DNA of 64,000 bases from Macrostomum hystrix (taxonomy: Eukaryota; Animalia; Platyhelminthes). The translations under genes and the position numbers were made by a program. The first letter of the stretch is position 1. Every line of letters begins with the position of its first letter. Where the stretch lies: positions 2,542,001 through 2,606,000 of the forward strand of contig CATNEN010000002.1 in assembly GCA_950097015.1 (NCBI GenBank). Direction: 5' to 3'. Below, piece after piece: positions 61,463-64,000 of this stretch. Below the pieces are notes generated by a model. It ran no database searches and was not told the DNA's origin. It saw only the letters and a program-made list of their open reading frames with translations.

Positions 61463-64000
61463 TCTAATATACTAAAAATGAAAATCTTGCTTGCTTGCTT
61501 GTATGTTTGCAATCGACTAGCTCCCGAACGGCTCAACCGATTTTCAAAATTCTTTCACTAAAAGATCGCAAATGGGCCGGAATCGGTACACGTATTTTTA
61601 TTAAGCTTAATTCCATTGGCAAGGGGATTAAATATTCGAAAAACAGTTTTAAATAGGCTTTTCTAATGCATTCTTGTTTTCAGCTTGTGCACAGTGAGGC
61701 TCCAGTGCCAATTTTTATGATTGCATCAAAGCCAGTTTTGTTAGGCGAGCGTACTGATAAGGAATTTCTCACCCAAATGTGCATAGCTGTGTCAACCCCA
61801 CTGGCGAGATAATTACTGTCCAATGTGCACAGGCTGAGCTGGCTTCTGTTATCTGTTCGGCACTGAGATATTTTTTTATTTTTATTTATTGAGTTTTATT
61901 CAAACTCATTTAGCAGATATAGCAGATTTCAATTATAGCAGATTCATTCACATCACAGCATACTCCAAAGGCAACAGCTGAGAACTGAATTGATTCAAGT
62001 GATCGGCCTTTCTTGGCAGCAAGTAGCATTTCTTGATTATACTTGCTTACTTACTTGCTTACTTGCTTACTTACTTGCAAAAGCATTGATAGATATCTAG
62101 GCTCAACATTCTTATAGATTTCTAGGCTCAACATTTTTATAGAGATCTAGGCACAGCATTGATAGTTATCTATGCTCAACATTTTTATAGATATCTAGGC
62201 TCAGCATTGATAGTTTTCTAGGCTCAACATTCTTATAGATTTCTAGGCTCAACATTGATAGATATCTAGGCACAGCATCGATAGATATCCAAGCTCAGAA
62301 TTTATATTTATCTAGGCTCAGCATTGATAGTTACCTAGGCTCAGCATTGATAGTTATCTAGGCTTAGCATTGATAGTTACCTAGGCTTAGCATTGATAGT
62401 TATCTAGGCTTAGGATTGATAGTTATCTAGGCTCAACATTTTTATAGATAACTAGGCTCAGCATTGATAGTTATCTAGGCTCAGCATTGATAGTTATCTA
62501 GGCTCAACATTGATAGATATCTAGGCTCAGCATTGATAGATATCCAAACTCAGAATTGATAGGTTCCAAGGGTCAGAATCGATAAAAAACTAGGCTCAGC
62601 ATTGATAGTTATCTAGGCTCAACATTTTTATAGATAACTAGGCTCAGCATTGATAGTATCTAGGCTCAACATTTTTATAGATAACTAGGCACAGCATTGA
62701 TAGTTATCTAGGCACAGCATTGATAGTTATCTAGGCTCAGCATTGATAGTTACCTAGGCTCAGCATTGATAGTTACCTAGGCTTAGCATTGATAGTTACC
62801 TAGGCTCAGCATTGATAGTTACCTAGGCTCAGCATTGATAGTTACCTAGGCTTAGCATTGATAGTTACCTAGGCTCAACATTGATAGATATCTAGGCTCA
62901 GCATTGATAGATATCTAGGCTCAGCATTGATAGTTATCTAGGCTCAACATTGATAGATATCTAGGCTCAGCATTGATAGATATCCAAGCTCAGAATTGAT
63001 AGGTTCCAAGGGTCAGAATCGATAGAAAACTAGGCTCAGCATTGATAGTTATCTAGGCTCAACATTTTTATAGATAACTAGGCTCAGCATTGATAGTATC
63101 TAGGCTCAACATTTTTATAGATAACTAGGCACAGCATTGATAGTTATCTAGGCACAGCATTGATAGTTATCTAGGCTCAGCATTGATAGTTACCTAGGCT
63201 CAGCATTGATAGTTACCTAGGCTTAGCATTGATAGTTACCTAGGCTCAGCATTGATAGTTACCTAGGCTCAGCATTGATAGTTACCTAGGCTTAGCATTG
63301 ATAGTTACCTAGGCTCAACATTGATAGATATCTAGGCTCAGCATTGATACATATCTAGGCTCAGCATTGATAGTTATCTAGGCTCAACATTGATAGATAT
63401 CTAGGCTCAGCATTGATAGATATCCAAGCTCAGAATTGATAGGTTCCAAGGGTCAGAATCGATAGAAAACTAGGCTCAGCATTGATAGTTATCTAGGCTC
63501 AACATTTTTATAGATAACTAGGCTCAGCATTGATAGTATCTAGGCTCAACATTTTTATAGATAACTAGGCACAGCATTGATAGTTATCTAGGCACAGCAT
63601 TGATAGTTATCTAGGCTCAGCATTGATAGTTACCTAGGCTCAGCATTGATAGTTACCTAGGCTTAGCATTGATAGTTATCTAGGCTCAGCATTGATAGTT
63701 ACCTAGGCTCAGCATTGATAGTTACCTAGGCTTAGCATTGATAGTTACCTAGGCTCAGCATTGATAGTTACCTAGGCTCAGCATTGATAGTTATCTAGGC
63801 TCAACATTTTTATAGATAACTAGGCTCAGCATTGATAGTATCTAGGCTCAACATTTTTATAGATAACTAGGCACAGCATTGATAGTTATCTAGGCACAGC
63901 ATTGATAGTTACCTAGGCTCAGCATTGATAGTTACCTAGGCTCAGCATTGATAGTTAACTAGGCTCAGCATTGATTGTTATCTAGGCTCAACATTTTTAT
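61463..64000 (+). mobile_element. Long Helitron-like unit of the same subfamily as 29926-53441; truncated by the window edge
   Basis: Shares the unique segment TTAGGCGAGCGTACTGATAAGGAATTTC...(TACTTGCT)n and then enters satellite C. Confidence 0.82.
62082..64000 (+). repeat. Minisatellite C (23 bp) with a 440-bp higher-order repeat
   Basis: Marker at 62548, 62988 and 63428. Confidence 0.95.

Larger units (their letters stand above)
7501..64000 (+). mobile_element. Head-to-tail tandem array of non-autonomous Helitron-like (rolling-circle) elements; runs off the window
   Basis: Each unit starts TC(TAATATAC/CACTATAC/TATATAAC)TAAA.ATGAAA plus a microsatellite, and each complete unit ends with a GC-rich hairpin followed by CTAG. 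24 exact CTAG|TC junctions have the CTAG ending at 11079, 11407, 11753, 15348, 18337, 18687, 19014, 19505, 19858, 28919, 29250, 29584, 29925, 53441, 53776, 54122, 54465, 54800, 59747, 60077, 60423, 60766, 61109 and 61462. Confidence 0.9.

Noticed and set aside
7501-64000. CRISPR array or integron interpretation of the repeated hairpin junctions
   Set aside because: The intervening sequences are homologous to each other rather than unique spacers or gene cassettes. There are no cas or integrase genes, the context is eukaryotic, and the TC / hairpin-CTAG termini fit Helitrons.
7501-64000. Autonomous Helitron Rep/helicase gene
   Set aside because: No non-repetitive ORF of suitable size and no HUH or PIF1 motifs were seen.

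Overview
Eukaryotic, probably invertebrate, DNA with spliceosomal introns and no bacterial or CRISPR features. The first ~7.5 kb contains: a decayed Gypsy-type pol relic in the unusual INT-RT-RNaseH (Gmr1-like) order; a tRNA-derived SINE; and several phase-compatible minus-strand exons of an immunoglobulin-superfamily gene, plus a Cys-rich EGF-like exon. From 7501 to the window end (~56.5 kb) the sequence is one uninterrupted, same-orientation, head-to-tail array of non-autonomous Helitron-like elements. I count 24 exact hairpin-CTAG|TC junctions. They join 18 short (~330-350 bp) units and 7 long units (3-23.5 kb) whose interiors are minisatellites of 18, 21, 23 (two families) and 24-26 bp. 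Three different 5' ends, three different 3' hairpins of identical geometry and several cargoes are combined modularly. One long unit contains a 171-bp fold-back inversion and a canonical-looking intron. Another carries a 22.8-kb satellite with layered higher-order repeats. No Rep/helicase ORF is present. The long repetitive ORFs in the ORF track are satellite artefacts. All coordinates and counts were read by eye, and no database searches were run.
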